IMG/VR virus record: IMGVR_UViG_3300044970_001685
Direction: 5' to 3' (one strand)
Source of the DNA: a virus
Length of the DNA stretch: 64,000 bases
Shown: piece after piece, positions 35,156-44,328 of the stretch
Position numbering within the stretch: the first letter of the stretch is position 1
Layout of the letters: each line of letters begins with the position of its first letter
Notes under the pieces: model-generated
Seen by the model: the letters and a program-made list of their open reading frames with translations, nothing else
Database searches by the model: none
Told to the model about the DNA's origin: nothing
Made by a program: the position numbers and the translations under genes

Positions 35156-37156
35156 ATGGGCATTTTTAAGAAGACTGTAAAGTATTCTAAGGCTTCTAAG
35201 GATCTAGATAGTAAAATAAAAAGTCTTGATGAAGGTCTGAAGAAAACAGGTGTCATTCCCGAGCAGAATGATGCTAAGACTTTTTGTGTTGAAGAAAAGA
35301 AAGAGGAAAATATTCCTAAAATTATTGATGAAATTGAAGTAGTAAAGGAGGAAGAAAAGTTATATAATTGGAGAGAGACTCTTCTAGAAGAAAATATTGA
35401 AGAAGAAATTTTAGAAGATAATTATGAAACTCCAAGTTTAACTAGAGTTGAAAATTATATTTCAGAGAGTAATAAAGATTTAATTTTAATTAGAGATCAG
35501 ATATTCAAAGAAATATCAGAACAAACTTTATTAGATCTTCCTGAAATTAAAAATAAAATTTCCAAAGTTTTAGAAATATATGAACAACTTCAAGAAGGTT
35601 TATTGAATGAACCTCCTGAGACAAAGAATGAAGATCCTCTTACACCACTCAATCAAAACTTTGTAACTACCGAAGATTTAAATAAGCACTACACATTATT
35701 CATTAATCGTGTTCAAGAACAACTTTCAACAATTGGTGGTGGTGGAGAAACTAGATTAAAATATCTTGATGATATTGTAGGTATTGCCACAAATGCGAGT
35801 CTTTATGATGGTAAGTTTTTAAAATATGACCACACTATTGGTAAGTTTGTTTTTGAAGCAGCTTCTGGAAGTGGTGGTAGTGGAGAATATGCTAATATTG
35901 CTGGTATAGCAACTTATGCTTCCACTGCTGGGGTTTCAACATATTCTTCAATTTCTGGAGTATCTACTTATGCTTCAACAGCAGGAATAAGCACTTATGC
36001 ATCTTTAAGTGGTATTGCTACTTATGCTTTAACTTCTGGTATCTCCACATATGCACAAACAGCAGGAATAGCAACATCGGCAGGAACAGCAACGACTGCA
36101 ACAAATCTTTCTGATGCCGCCAATATTCTTACTGGCATCATTAATAAGGACAGAATCTCAACAACGAATGCATTAACTGTTCTTGGTGACTTATATGTAA
36201 GCAATAATATTTCTTTTGGTGGCACAGTAACTCAACTGAATACTGAACAACTTAATATTGTTGATGCTGATATTGTATTAGGTATTGGTACAACTTTTAG
36301 TCCATCGGATAATACTGCAAATCACGGTGGTATTGCGATTGCATCAACAGAAGGATCTCCACTTGTAGATCTAAATATTGTTCCTGGTGAAACCAATCCA
36401 ACCACATATAAGAAAATGATGTGGTTTAAGGGTGATACAATTGGTGCTGGTATTACCGATGCTTGGTTGTTTAACTATGCTGTTGGTATTGGATCTACAC
36501 AAGTTCCTAACGGAGTTCGCCTGGCAGTTGGTAATATTAGACTTACTGATAATACTGTAACTGCAACAACATTTAGTGGATCTTTAAGTGGAAATGCAAC
36601 AAGTGCCACAACTTCAACTTATGCTTCCACTGCTGGTTTAAGTACCTATGCGTCTACTGCTGGTATTGCTACTGTTGCACAAGGACTGACAGGAACTCCC
36701 AATATTAATGTTGGAATCTTTACTTCTACAATTTCTATTCCTACACAGTTAAGAACAAGATCTGTTGCAGAAAAGACTACACTTGTCAGTGGAAATACTG
36801 TTGGACTTGCTTTTAGCACTGGTGGTGGAAACGTTGCCATTTGTACTAACCCATCGGCAGATATCACTCTTAATGTAACTGAGATTCCAACAGATAGTTC
36901 TTTTGATAATCACAGCATTTCATTCTCTGTAATTGTAACTCAAACAGGAACTGCCAGAAGTTGTACTGCAGTAAACTTAAATGGAGTTTCTAGAACTATT
37001 CGTTGGTCTGGGGGATCTCTTGCAAATGCAGTTTCAGGAATCTCAACAAATAACGGATTTGATATTTTTACATTCACAGGAATTAATACAGTAGGTTCTG
37101 CAAGTACTACAGCAAATTACGTTGTTTTGGGAAGTTTGAATGGGGGATTTAATTAA
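35156..37156 (+). CDS. virion fibre-like protein (acidic N-region plus Gly/Ser/Thr-rich fibre)
   Basis: late promoter AATAAATA 35121; nonapeptide repeats; blocks shared with 44329 and 54512 proteins. Confidence 0.75.
   Translation: MGIFKKTVKYSKASKDLDSKIKSLDEGLKKTGVIPEQNDAKTFCVEEKKEENIPKIIDEIEVVKEEEKLYNWRETLLEENIEEEILEDNYETPSLTRVENYISESNKDLILIRDQIFKEISEQTLLDLPEIKNKISKVLEIYEQLQEGLLNEPPETKNEDPLTPLNQNFVTTEDLNKHYTLFINRVQEQLSTIGGGGETRLKYLDDIVGIATNASLYDGKFLKYDHTIGKFVFEAASGSGGSGEYANIAGIATYASTAGVSTYSSISGVSTYASTAGISTYASLSGIATYALTSGISTYAQTAGIATSAGTATTATNLSDAANILTGIINKDRISTTNALTVLGDLYVSNNISFGGTVTQLNTEQLNIVDADIVLGIGTTFSPSDNTANHGGIAIASTEGSPLVDLNIVPGETNPTTYKKMMWFKGDTIGAGITDAWLFNYAVGIGSTQVPNGVRLAVGNIRLTDNTVTATTFSGSLSGNATSATTSTYASTAGLSTYASTAGIATVAQGLTGTPNINVGIFTSTISIPTQLRTRSVAEKTTLVSGNTVGLAFSTGGGNVAICTNPSADITLNVTEIPTDSSFDNHSISFSVIVTQTGTARSCTAVNLNGVSRTIRWSGGSLANAVSGISTNNGFDIFTFTGINTVGSASTTANYVVLGSLNGGFN
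35888..36076 (+). repeat. 7 x 27-bp coding repeat (YAxxAG[IV][AS]T)
   Basis: YANIAGIAT-YASTAGVST-YSSISGVST-YASTAGIST-YASLSGIAT-YALTSGIST-YAQTAGIAT. Confidence 0.9.
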
Positions 37157-38031
37157 TGTCTTTTATTTCCAGAGTTAGCACTGGTCGTCAAGGACGTTCA
37201 CAACAAACTAAAAGAAGAACTCCTGTAACGCCACCAGTTTTTTCAGAAACTGGTTGGAACATTCTGATGATGTACACTGGAAAGAAAATAGCAAGTACAA
37301 CTTGGACTGCTACTGGTACACCATCTGTTAATACTTTAAGAACTAGTATGGGTTCTCCTGGCACGTCAACGTTTATGACGATGACTGCTGTTTCAACAGG
37401 CGCGAATGGAAGAACTGCTCTGGGTCAAGGTCAAGGTTTATATAATGCTTTCTTTACTCAAACTGGTATCACAAAAATTGCTTTGGTTGATGGAAGTGGA
37501 AGTAGTCTAGACCCAACTTCTCATACAAACTATCTCGTTTATGATTTGGTAGAAAGTACAGGAAGTGAATCTATTGATGCGATTTTAAAAAGACTGGATA
37601 TTTACCAGAGAGACGCAGCACAGTTTCAGGCAAATGATAGTGTCTGGCCAAACGCAAGTGTTTTAAACCATACTGCTGGAACAAATGGATATTCTGGTTT
37701 ACTATCCGCAAGTGGTGGAACAGCATTTAAAGCATTTTCAAGAGCTGGCGCCGATCAAGGCATTCCAGGTCGTTTCTGTGTAATGGGAATCAATAGAGAC
37801 TCTGATAATGACATTCAGGCATTATGTGCTTTCAGTGGGAACTTACAGTCTGGAAAAGGTGATGCTTGGAGAGGTCAAAACCCAGAACAAACTTTTTGGA
37901 GTTACTGGGGAGATGACTTCCATACAGACAGTCGCTTGCGTAGAATCGGAAACCAGTTACAGTCTGCTCCTGGCGTTGCGACACAGTGTATTCATACTGG
38001 GGACGTATATTTGCTTGCTTATACCCCTTGA
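37156..38031 (+). CDS. putative fibre-tip / structural protein
   Basis: TAATG coupling to fibre gene; N-terminus MSFISRVS resembles MAPIISRLS of 55269. Confidence 0.6.
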   Translation: MSFISRVSTGRQGRSQQTKRRTPVTPPVFSETGWNILMMYTGKKIASTTWTATGTPSVNTLRTSMGSPGTSTFMTMTAVSTGANGRTALGQGQGLYNAFFTQTGITKIALVDGSGSSLDPTSHTNYLVYDLVESTGSESIDAILKRLDIYQRDAAQFQANDSVWPNASVLNHTAGTNGYSGLLSASGGTAFKAFSRAGADQGIPGRFCVMGINRDSDNDIQALCAFSGNLQSGKGDAWRGQNPEQTFWSYWGDDFHTDSRLRRIGNQLQSAPGVATQCIHTGDVYLLAYTP

Positions 38032-38080
38032 CACCAGAAGCAGATGGTGCTATGATAAATAGGTAAACAAATGTTACGGA
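38028..38080 (+). promoter_or_regulatory. psbA promoter: sigma70 + late + HLR1-like repeat
   Basis: TTGACA-N17-TATGAT, ATAAATA 38055-38061, GTAAACAA-AT-GTTACGGA 38063-38080. Confidence 0.8.
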
Positions 38081-38112
38081 ATTCTCATAATTCTTAACAT
38101 TGCTCACACCCG

Positions 38113-38212
38113 CTAACCGAGACCTATGGGTGTATAAATTACGTCTCTCATACCCAGTCTGAGGGTGACTGGGGAATAGTATCACCACCATTTCCCTGAT
38201 GGTCTTACTACT
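38113..38212 (+). ncRNA. PhotoRC-II-type psbA leader RNA
   Basis: GAGAC..GTCTC, CCCAGTC..GACTGGG, ACCAT..ATGGT stems; TATGGG/CTCATA pseudoknot potential; directly 5' of psbA. Confidence 0.75.
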
Positions 38213-38223
38213 CTTTTAAACAA

Positions 38224-39306
38224 ATGACTGCTTCAATTGCTTCACGTCAACAACAATCGAATACTTGGGAACAGTTCTGCAACTGGGTTACTTCAACCGA
38301 TAATCGTCTTTATGTCGGTTGGTTCGGAGTTCTGATGATTCCTTGCCTGCTTGCTGCTACGACTTGTTTCATCATCGCATTCATCGGTGCTCCCCCTGTG
38401 GACATTGATGGTATCCGTGAACCCGTTGCTGGTTCACTCATGTACGGAAACAACATCATCTCTGGTGCTGTGATTCCTTCGTCCAATGCTATTGGACTGC
38501 ACTTTTACCCCATCTGGGAAGCTGCTTCCCTAGATGAGTGGCTTTACAACGGTGGGCCTTTCCAACTGGTTGTGTTCCACTTCCTGATTGGTATCTACGC
38601 CTATATGGGTCGTGAGTGGGAACTTTCTTATCGTCTGGGTATGCGTCCTTGGATCTGTGTTGCTTACAGCGCACCCGTTGCTGCTGCTAGCGCAGTGTTT
38701 CTGGTCTATCCCTTCGGTCAAGGTTCTTTCTCTGATGCGATGCCCCTGGGTATCTCTGGTACTTTCAACTACATGCTTGTGTTCCAGGCAGAGCACAACA
38801 TCCTGATGCACCCCTTCCACATGCTTGGAGTTGCTGGTGTCTTCGGTGGTTCTCTGTTCAGTGCAATGCACGGTTCGCTGGTAACTTCTTCTCTGGTTCG
38901 TGAAACCACTGAGAACGAGTCACAGAACTATGGTTACAAGTTCGGTCAAGAAGAAGAGACTTATAACATCGTTGCTGCTCACGGTTATTTCGGACGCCTT
39001 ATTTTCCAATATGCTTCCTTCAATAACTCCCGTTCGCTGCACTTCTTCCTTGCTGCCTGGCCCGTGGTTGGCATCTGGTTCACCGCTCTTGGTGTTTCCA
39101 CGATGGCTTTTAACCTTAACGGTTTTAATTTCAATCAGTCCATCATTGACTCTCAGGGTCGTGTATTGAACACCTGGGCTGATGTTCTTAACCGTGCTGG
39201 ACTGGGCATGGAAGTGATGCATGAACGTAATGCTCACAATTTCCCATTGGATCTTGCTGCTGCCGAAAGCACACCTGTTGCTCTCACTGCTCCTGCCATT
39301 GGTTGA
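38224..39306 (+). CDS. psbA: photosystem II D1 protein (intronless; Glu130 type)
   Basis: [14 protein letters not shown]...[16 protein letters not shown]...[14 protein letters not shown]. Confidence 0.99.
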   Translation: MTASIASRQQQSNTWEQFCNWVTSTDNRLYVGWFGVLMIPCLLAATTCFIIAFIGAPPVDIDGIREPVAGSLMYGNNIISGAVIPSSNAIGLHFYPIWEAASLDEWLYNGGPFQLVVFHFLIGIYAYMGREWELSYRLGMRPWICVAYSAPVAAASAVFLVYPFGQGSFSDAMPLGISGTFNYMLVFQAEHNILMHPFHMLGVAGVFGGSLFSAMHGSLVTSSLVRETTENESQNYGYKFGQEEETYNIVAAHGYFGRLIFQYASFNNSRSLHFFLAAWPVVGIWFTALGVSTMAFNLNGFNFNQSIIDSQGRVLNTWADVLNRAGLGMEVMHERNAHNFPLDLAAAESTPVALTAPAIG

Positions 39307-39330
39307 TAAAATAAAAACAGAATAATATCA

Positions 39331-39368
39331 AAAGGGGACTTGCAAAAGTCCCTTTTTTACTATATAAT
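39331..39368 (+). terminator. psbA terminator with embedded sigma70 promoter for the endonuclease
   Basis: GGGACTT-GCAA-AAGTCCC-TTTTTT; TTGCAA 39340-39345, 17 bp, TATAAT 39363-39368. Confidence 0.85.
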
Positions 39369-39395
39369 AATGAATGAGAATAAAGCACGAGTAAA

Positions 39396-39833
39396 ATGGC
39401 AAGAGCAATTCAGGTAGAAGGAATTAAGTATTGTAAGAGTTGTGATACTACTAAACCAATTGATGATTTTTATTTGAGAAATAAAACCAGTATGGTTAGA
39501 CATTCAACTTGTAAAGAATGCGATAGAAAAAGAGTTAAAGAAAATCACGATCCCATTAAGTATCGGGAACAACACCTTAAAAGAACGTATGGCATTACTC
39601 AAAAAGATTATGAATTAATGCTTGCAGAACAAAATAACCAGTGTGCTATTTGTAATACCACAGAACCTGGTGGAAGGCACAATACTGATTATTTTGTTGT
39701 AGATCATTGCCATACAACTGGTAAGAATAGAAAACTTCTTTGCCATAATTGCAACACAGCAATGGGACTTCTTGGAGATAATGTGAGTGTGATTGAAAGT
39801 ATGATTAAGTATTTGGAGGAGCATAAGCACTAA
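39396..39833 (+). CDS. F-CphI-like free-standing homing endonuclease (endonuclease VII family)
   Basis: CKSC..FYLRNK..VRHSTCKECD, YGIT, CAIC, VDHCH, LLCHNCN; lies between psbA and psbD like S-PM2 F-CphI. Confidence 0.9.
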   Translation: MARAIQVEGIKYCKSCDTTKPIDDFYLRNKTSMVRHSTCKECDRKRVKENHDPIKYREQHLKRTYGITQKDYELMLAEQNNQCAICNTTEPGGRHNTDYFVVDHCHTTGKNRKLLCHNCNTAMGLLGDNVSVIESMIKYLEEHKH

Positions 39834-39839
39834 TACTCA

Positions 39840-39873
39840 TTGACCCCTTTGTTAACTTATGTTAAGATAAATA
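39840..39873 (+). promoter_or_regulatory. psbD promoter (sigma70 + late + HLR1-like repeat)
   Basis: TTGACC-N17-TAAGAT, ATAAATA, GTTAACTT-AT-GTTAAGAT. Confidence 0.7.
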
Positions 39874-39894
39874 TGAGAAATCACTAGGGAGGCT

Positions 39895-40956
39895 ATGACT
39901 TCTTCAACACTTTCACGACCTATTCAACAAAGGGGGTGGTTCGATGTCCTGGATGACTGGCTTAAACGAGATCGCTTTGTATTTGTGGGTTGGTCTGGAC
40001 TATTACTTTTTCCCACTGCTTATCTTGCCCTTGGTGGCTGGCTTACTGGCACAACGTTTGTTACAAGCTGGTACACCCACGGGTTGGCGTCTAGTTACCT
40101 TGAAGGCGCTAATTTTCTTACGGCAGCTGTGTCAACGCCTGCAGATTCTATGGGTCATTCTCTTCTTCTACTTTGGGGTCCTGAGTCTCAGGGGGATTTC
40201 GTCAGGTGGTGCCAACTTGGGGGACTCTGGACTTTTGTGGCGCTTCACGGAGCCTTCGCTCTTATAGGTTTCATGTTGCGTCAGTTTGAGATTGCTAGAT
40301 TGGTCGGTATCCGTCCTTACAACGCAATCGCATTCTCTGGTCCTATTGCTGTATTCGTTTCAGTCTTTCTAATGTATCCTTTGGGACAATCCAGTTGGTT
40401 CTTTGCACCTTCATTTGGTGTTGCAGCAATCTTCCGCTTCCTTCTGTTCCTACAAGGATTCCACAACTGGACCCTCAACCCCTTCCACATGATGGGAGTT
40501 GCTGGTATACTGGGTGGAGCACTACTCTGTGCGATTCACGGAGCAACAGTAGAAAACACTCTATTTGAAGATAGTGATCAAGCAAACACTTTCAAAGCAT
40601 TTGAACCTACACAGGAAGAAGAAACGTATTCAATGGTTACTGCAAACAGATTCTGGTCACAGATATTTGGTATTGCTTTTAGTAACAAGCGTTGGTTGCA
40701 TTTCTTCATGCTATTTGTTCCTGTCATGGGTCTTTGGACTTCCAGTATTGGTATCATTGGTCTTGCCCTTAATCTTCGTGCTTACGACTTTGTAAGTCAG
40801 GAGATTCGTGCCGCTGAGGATCCTGAGTTTGAAACCTTCTATACAAAGAACATTCTTCTGAATGAAGGTCTTCGTGCTTGGATGGCACCAGTAGATCAAC
40901 CTCATGAGCAGTTTGTATTTCCAGAGGAAGTTCTTCCGAGAGGCAACGCACTCTAA
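39895..40956 (+). CDS. psbD: photosystem II D2 protein
   Basis: [23 protein letters not shown]...[10 protein letters not shown]; GGAGG SD. Confidence 0.99.
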   Translation: MTSSTLSRPIQQRGWFDVLDDWLKRDRFVFVGWSGLLLFPTAYLALGGWLTGTTFVTSWYTHGLASSYLEGANFLTAAVSTPADSMGHSLLLLWGPESQGDFVRWCQLGGLWTFVALHGAFALIGFMLRQFEIARLVGIRPYNAIAFSGPIAVFVSVFLMYPLGQSSWFFAPSFGVAAIFRFLLFLQGFHNWTLNPFHMMGVAGILGGALLCAIHGATVENTLFEDSDQANTFKAFEPTQEEETYSMVTANRFWSQIFGIAFSNKRWLHFFMLFVPVMGLWTSSIGIIGLALNLRAYDFVSQEIRAAEDPEFETFYTKNILLNEGLRAWMAPVDQPHEQFVFPEEVLPRGNAL

Positions 40957-40963
40957 AATAAAT

Positions 40964-40991
40964 AAGGGAGTTCCAAAGAACTCCTTTTTTT
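40964..40991 (+). terminator. intrinsic terminator after psbD
   Basis: GGAGTTC-CAAA-GAACTCC-TTTTTTT. Confidence 0.9.
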
Positions 40992-41059
40992 ATGGCATTT
41001 CTTTTAATGCTTTTTCTATTCCAACTATTTGGATTCTTTATGTTCTTTATGTCTCTATT

Positions 41060-41182
41060 ATGATTACTTCTGAAACCCCATACAAATTTGCAGAGATCAT
41101 TCGTGATACTTGGCCAGGTCTTTACAGAAAACCAGAACCATCTTATAATGAAAAAAAGAAATCAGAAAATGAAAAAGTATAA
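41060..41182 (+). CDS. 40-aa hypothetical protein
   Basis: MITSETPYKFAEIIRDTWPGLYRK...; start reassigned. Confidence 0.6.
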   Translation: MITSETPYKFAEIIRDTWPGLYRKPEPSYNEKKKSENEKV

Positions 41183-41474
41183 CGAAGAATATTTTTCAGT
41201 CATTGAGACCAAGACTGGAAGGAAGATTGTTGATTGTGGCGATGAACAAGATGCACTGGCAATGGTTGCATTTGATCCTCAGAATAGAACAATTACAAGA
41301 AATAAGTTTCTAATGGGTCCTGTTGTAGACATTGAGATTCCAAAAGCACTTCCAACTTCAAATGTTGTTGTTTCAAACGTAAAAGAAAATGGTTGTGCTC
41401 CCCGTCGTGAACAACTAGAAGATGTCGGTCCAATTCAACTTCCACAAGGTCAAGGAGAACCTGTGGTCGTATGA
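41169..41474 (+). CDS. hypothetical protein
   Basis: MKKYNEEYFSVIETKTGRKIVDCG... Confidence 0.75.
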   Translation: MKKYNEEYFSVIETKTGRKIVDCGDEQDALAMVAFDPQNRTITRNKFLMGPVVDIEIPKALPTSNVVVSNVKENGCAPRREQLEDVGPIQLPQGQGEPVVV

Positions 41475-41671
41475 ATCACCGAAAGCATAAACAAACAGAG
41501 AATCTTAAAAAGAAAAAGATGTATACCCCTGAGGGTTATTTGAAAGATCCTCCAGATGCAGAATGTCCTTACTGTGGTAAAAAGCAAAAAGCGTGCTCAT
41601 ATGTCAATAGTCTTGCACGCTCTTGGGCACGTGCTGCCTGCAAAAAGATAAATACAGATAAGTCGCAGTAA
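41471..41671 (+). CDS. small Cys-containing hypothetical protein
   Basis: CPYCG...C...C; ATGA coupling. Confidence 0.7.
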   Translation: MNHRKHKQTENLKKKKMYTPEGYLKDPPDAECPYCGKKQKACSYVNSLARSWARAACKKINTDKSQ

Positions 41672-41674
41672 CTT

Positions 41675-42046
41675 ATGGGACCTCTACATTCTCCAAAAGA
41701 ATACTTGTTTAACTTACACGTAACAAGTTCTGGGGAGGCAAAACGAATGTGGAGGCAAAACATAAAAGAAGAATGGGGAAATCAATGTGCTTATTGTGGG
41801 TCAGAAGAGAAACTCACAATTGATCACATTGTTCCTCAATCTAAAGGTGGAGCAGACTTTACAAAAAATGTAGTCTGCTGCTGCCACGATTGTAATCAGT
41901 CAAAGGGGCACGAGCACTGGAAGTTGTGGTATGTGCAACAAGACTTTTACGATGAAGAAAGATTCAACAAAATAGAAGAGTGGATGAAACCAGATCCTCC
42001 AACAAACTTGTTTGCTTATCGCCCTAGAAGGAATAACGCATCTTGA
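41675..42046 (+). CDS. HNH endonuclease
   Basis: CAYCG, LTIDHIVPQSKGG, NVVCCCHDCNQSKG. Confidence 0.92.
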   Translation: MGPLHSPKEYLFNLHVTSSGEAKRMWRQNIKEEWGNQCAYCGSEEKLTIDHIVPQSKGGADFTKNVVCCCHDCNQSKGHEHWKLWYVQQDFYDEERFNKIEEWMKPDPPTNLFAYRPRRNNAS

Positions 42047-42103
42047 ATAAATAAAAGAAAGCAGTATATACTGCTTCTTCTGGTAAATACCGAATGCGAA
42101 TAG

Positions 42104-43975
42104 ATGGCGACTCCATTTAGAATTAAACGATCTGCTGTACCAGGAAAGGTTCCTGCCGTAACAGATCTTCAACTAGGCGAATTAGCTCTTAACACGTTTG
42201 ATGCAGATCTTTTTACGTTAAGATCACGTCCTGGCATTGGAACAGATGTCGTCAGAGTCGGTTCGGGTGTAAGCGTTACAAATATTTTATACGTCACAAA
42301 AGACGGAAAGGATACTAATACTGGACTGAAACTTGGAGATGCAAAGGCAACAATTAAAGCGGCAGTTGCCATCGCTTCAACAATACCAGGATCAGTTGTT
42401 AAAGTTTCTGCTGGAACTTATGTAGAAGATAATCCAATTAAACTTGGACCCCAGATCAGTGTGATTGGAGACAGTTTAAGAGAAGTTTCAGTTGTTCCAA
42501 ATAATATAAATCAAGATTTATTCCACGTTGCACCAGGTAACTATGTTGCCGAAATGTCTTATACTGGATCATTGAATGCTGGCAAAGCAATCTTTGCGTT
42601 TGATCCAGATACGATTAGATATTTTTCACAATCACCATACATTCAAAACTGCACAAACTTCATTCCAAATAGTATTGGATTGAAGATTGATGGATCGAAG
42701 GCAATCGGACCATTAAAATCAATGGTTCTTGATTCATATACTCAATACAATCAAAGTGGTGTTGGTGCTTCAATCACTAATGAAGGTTATGCTCAGTTAG
42801 TTTCTCTGTTTACGATTTGTGATGATGTTGCAGTTTTTTGTGGATCTGGCGGTGCTTGCGATCTTACAAACTCTAACTCATCGTTTGGTAACTATGGACT
42901 CGTTGCTGATGGTGTAGGACCTCACAAATACACGGGTATTGTTTCTACTACTGCTGATGCTGGATCAGATACTTTTGTCTTATCTTTTAATTCTTCGTCT
43001 GTTGGTGTTCAGACAGCATCTTATGACAATGTAACTGGAATTTTAACAGTTACAACTTCTTCCAATCACAATTTTAGTGTTGGAATGGGAGTTACTATTT
43101 CTGGACTTGAATTTACTTGTCCATCTGGACCAGGTATTGTAACTTATCCAAGTGGTAATAATGGTTATATTTTTGAAATCAGTTCGGTAGGTGCCGCTAA
43201 TAGTTTTACTACAAATGTTGGACCATCAACTTTATCGCATAGTTATCAAAGTGGTGGTACAGTTGCATTGAATATTATAAGACCTTTTGATGGTCAGGTA
43301 GTTTATTTTGAAGACTTATATTATACAGTTAATAAAATTAATATTACTAATCCTGGAAGTGGATACAATACTCCACCAACAATTACGATTGATGACCCAA
43401 GCACTGTAAGTGATTGGGGAGTTGGTGCTACTGCAGTTGCTGAAATGGTAGGAGGATCTGTTGCTAATATTGAAATGGTCTCAAATGGTAGAGGATACAC
43501 ATCAACTCCAACAGTCACATTCTCCTCTCCTGATGTGGGGATAAATATAGCAACAGGGGCAGCAGAACTACTTCCAACTTATTATTCAATCACTCGTTCA
43601 ACACCAATATCATCGGGAATTTGTACGATTACACTTAATGAGAACGTTCCTTATGCCGTTGGAGTAGGCACAACAGTTCCGTTCTTTAAACAAAGTCGTG
43701 TTCTTGCCTCTGGTCATTCATTTGAGTATATTGGATCAGGAACAAATATTAATGGTGCTCTTCCAGCACAAGGTGGAGTACCTATTCAAGAGAATGAAAC
43801 AGATTCAAGAAATGGAGGACTTGTTGTTTATACAAGCACAGATCAGGCAGGTAACTTCCGAATCGGTGATGGTGTTCAAATTAATCAGGTTACAGGAACT
43901 ATTTCTGGTACATTTTATTCCAAGAGTTTGTTTGCCACAATGACACCATTTATTCTAGCATTAGGAGGAGATTAA
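42104..43975 (+). CDS. virion structural/tail-associated protein (Mtd-like N-terminus, beta-helix region, ITNPGSGY repeats)
   Basis: FRIKRSAVPGKVP..LQLGELALNT, LYVTKDG.D.N.G, ITNPGSGY/SNGRGY; late promoter 42046-42053. Confidence 0.75.
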   Translation: MATPFRIKRSAVPGKVPAVTDLQLGELALNTFDADLFTLRSRPGIGTDVVRVGSGVSVTNILYVTKDGKDTNTGLKLGDAKATIKAAVAIASTIPGSVVKVSAGTYVEDNPIKLGPQISVIGDSLREVSVVPNNINQDLFHVAPGNYVAEMSYTGSLNAGKAIFAFDPDTIRYFSQSPYIQNCTNFIPNSIGLKIDGSKAIGPLKSMVLDSYTQYNQSGVGASITNEGYAQLVSLFTICDDVAVFCGSGGACDLTNSNSSFGNYGLVADGVGPHKYTGIVSTTADAGSDTFVLSFNSSSVGVQTASYDNVTGILTVTTSSNHNFSVGMGVTISGLEFTCPSGPGIVTYPSGNNGYIFEISSVGAANSFTTNVGPSTLSHSYQSGGTVALNIIRPFDGQVVYFEDLYYTVNKINITNPGSGYNTPPTITIDDPSTVSDWGVGATAVAEMVGGSVANIEMVSNGRGYTSTPTVTFSSPDVGINIATGAAELLPTYYSITRSTPISSGICTITLNENVPYAVGVGTTVPFFKQSRVLASGHSFEYIGSGTNINGALPAQGGVPIQENETDSRNGGLVVYTSTDQAGNFRIGDGVQINQVTGTISGTFYSKSLFATMTPFILALGGD

Positions 43976-43978
43976 AAA

Positions 43979-44320
43979 ATGCCATTACCATTAAACGTAT
44001 ATCAAACAGTTACAAGAGTTGTTGATACCAATACAGTCGGAATTTATACTGCACCAGTAGGATATAGTGGAATTATTCTATTGGCACAGGCTGCAAATAT
44101 TGGTAGTCAGACTCATACTGTTTCATTCTCACATAAGAGAACAGTTGCTGGTATTGCAGTGACTACTGAAATTGTAAAAGATTTGCCTATACCTGCAAAT
44201 GATTCTACAAATCTTTTGTTTGGTAAATTAATTCTTGAAACAGGTGACTCTATTCAGATTAGTTCTGATAGTGCCACCAATGTAAAATTCATCGGAAGCA
44301 TCCTAGAAACACTTAACTAA
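43979..44320 (+). CDS. small tail-associated protein
   Basis: IYTAP..KLILETGD..GSILET; paralog of 48252 and 58751. Confidence 0.7.
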   Translation: MPLPLNVYQTVTRVVDTNTVGIYTAPVGYSGIILLAQAANIGSQTHTVSFSHKRTVAGIAVTTEIVKDLPIPANDSTNLLFGKLILETGDSIQISSDSATNVKFIGSILETLN

Positions 44321-44328
44321 TATCAGAA

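Noticed and set aside
38224-40956. Group I intron in psbA or psbD
   Set aside because: Both ORFs are continuous and full length (360 and 353 aa)
40992-41063. 23-aa Phe/Leu-rich ORF after the psbD terminator
   Set aside because: Could arise from the T-rich tract alone; no SD or other support
42104-43975. Diversity-generating retroelement suggested by the Mtd-like N-terminus
   Set aside because: No reverse transcriptase and no adenine-specific TR/VR pair seen in the window
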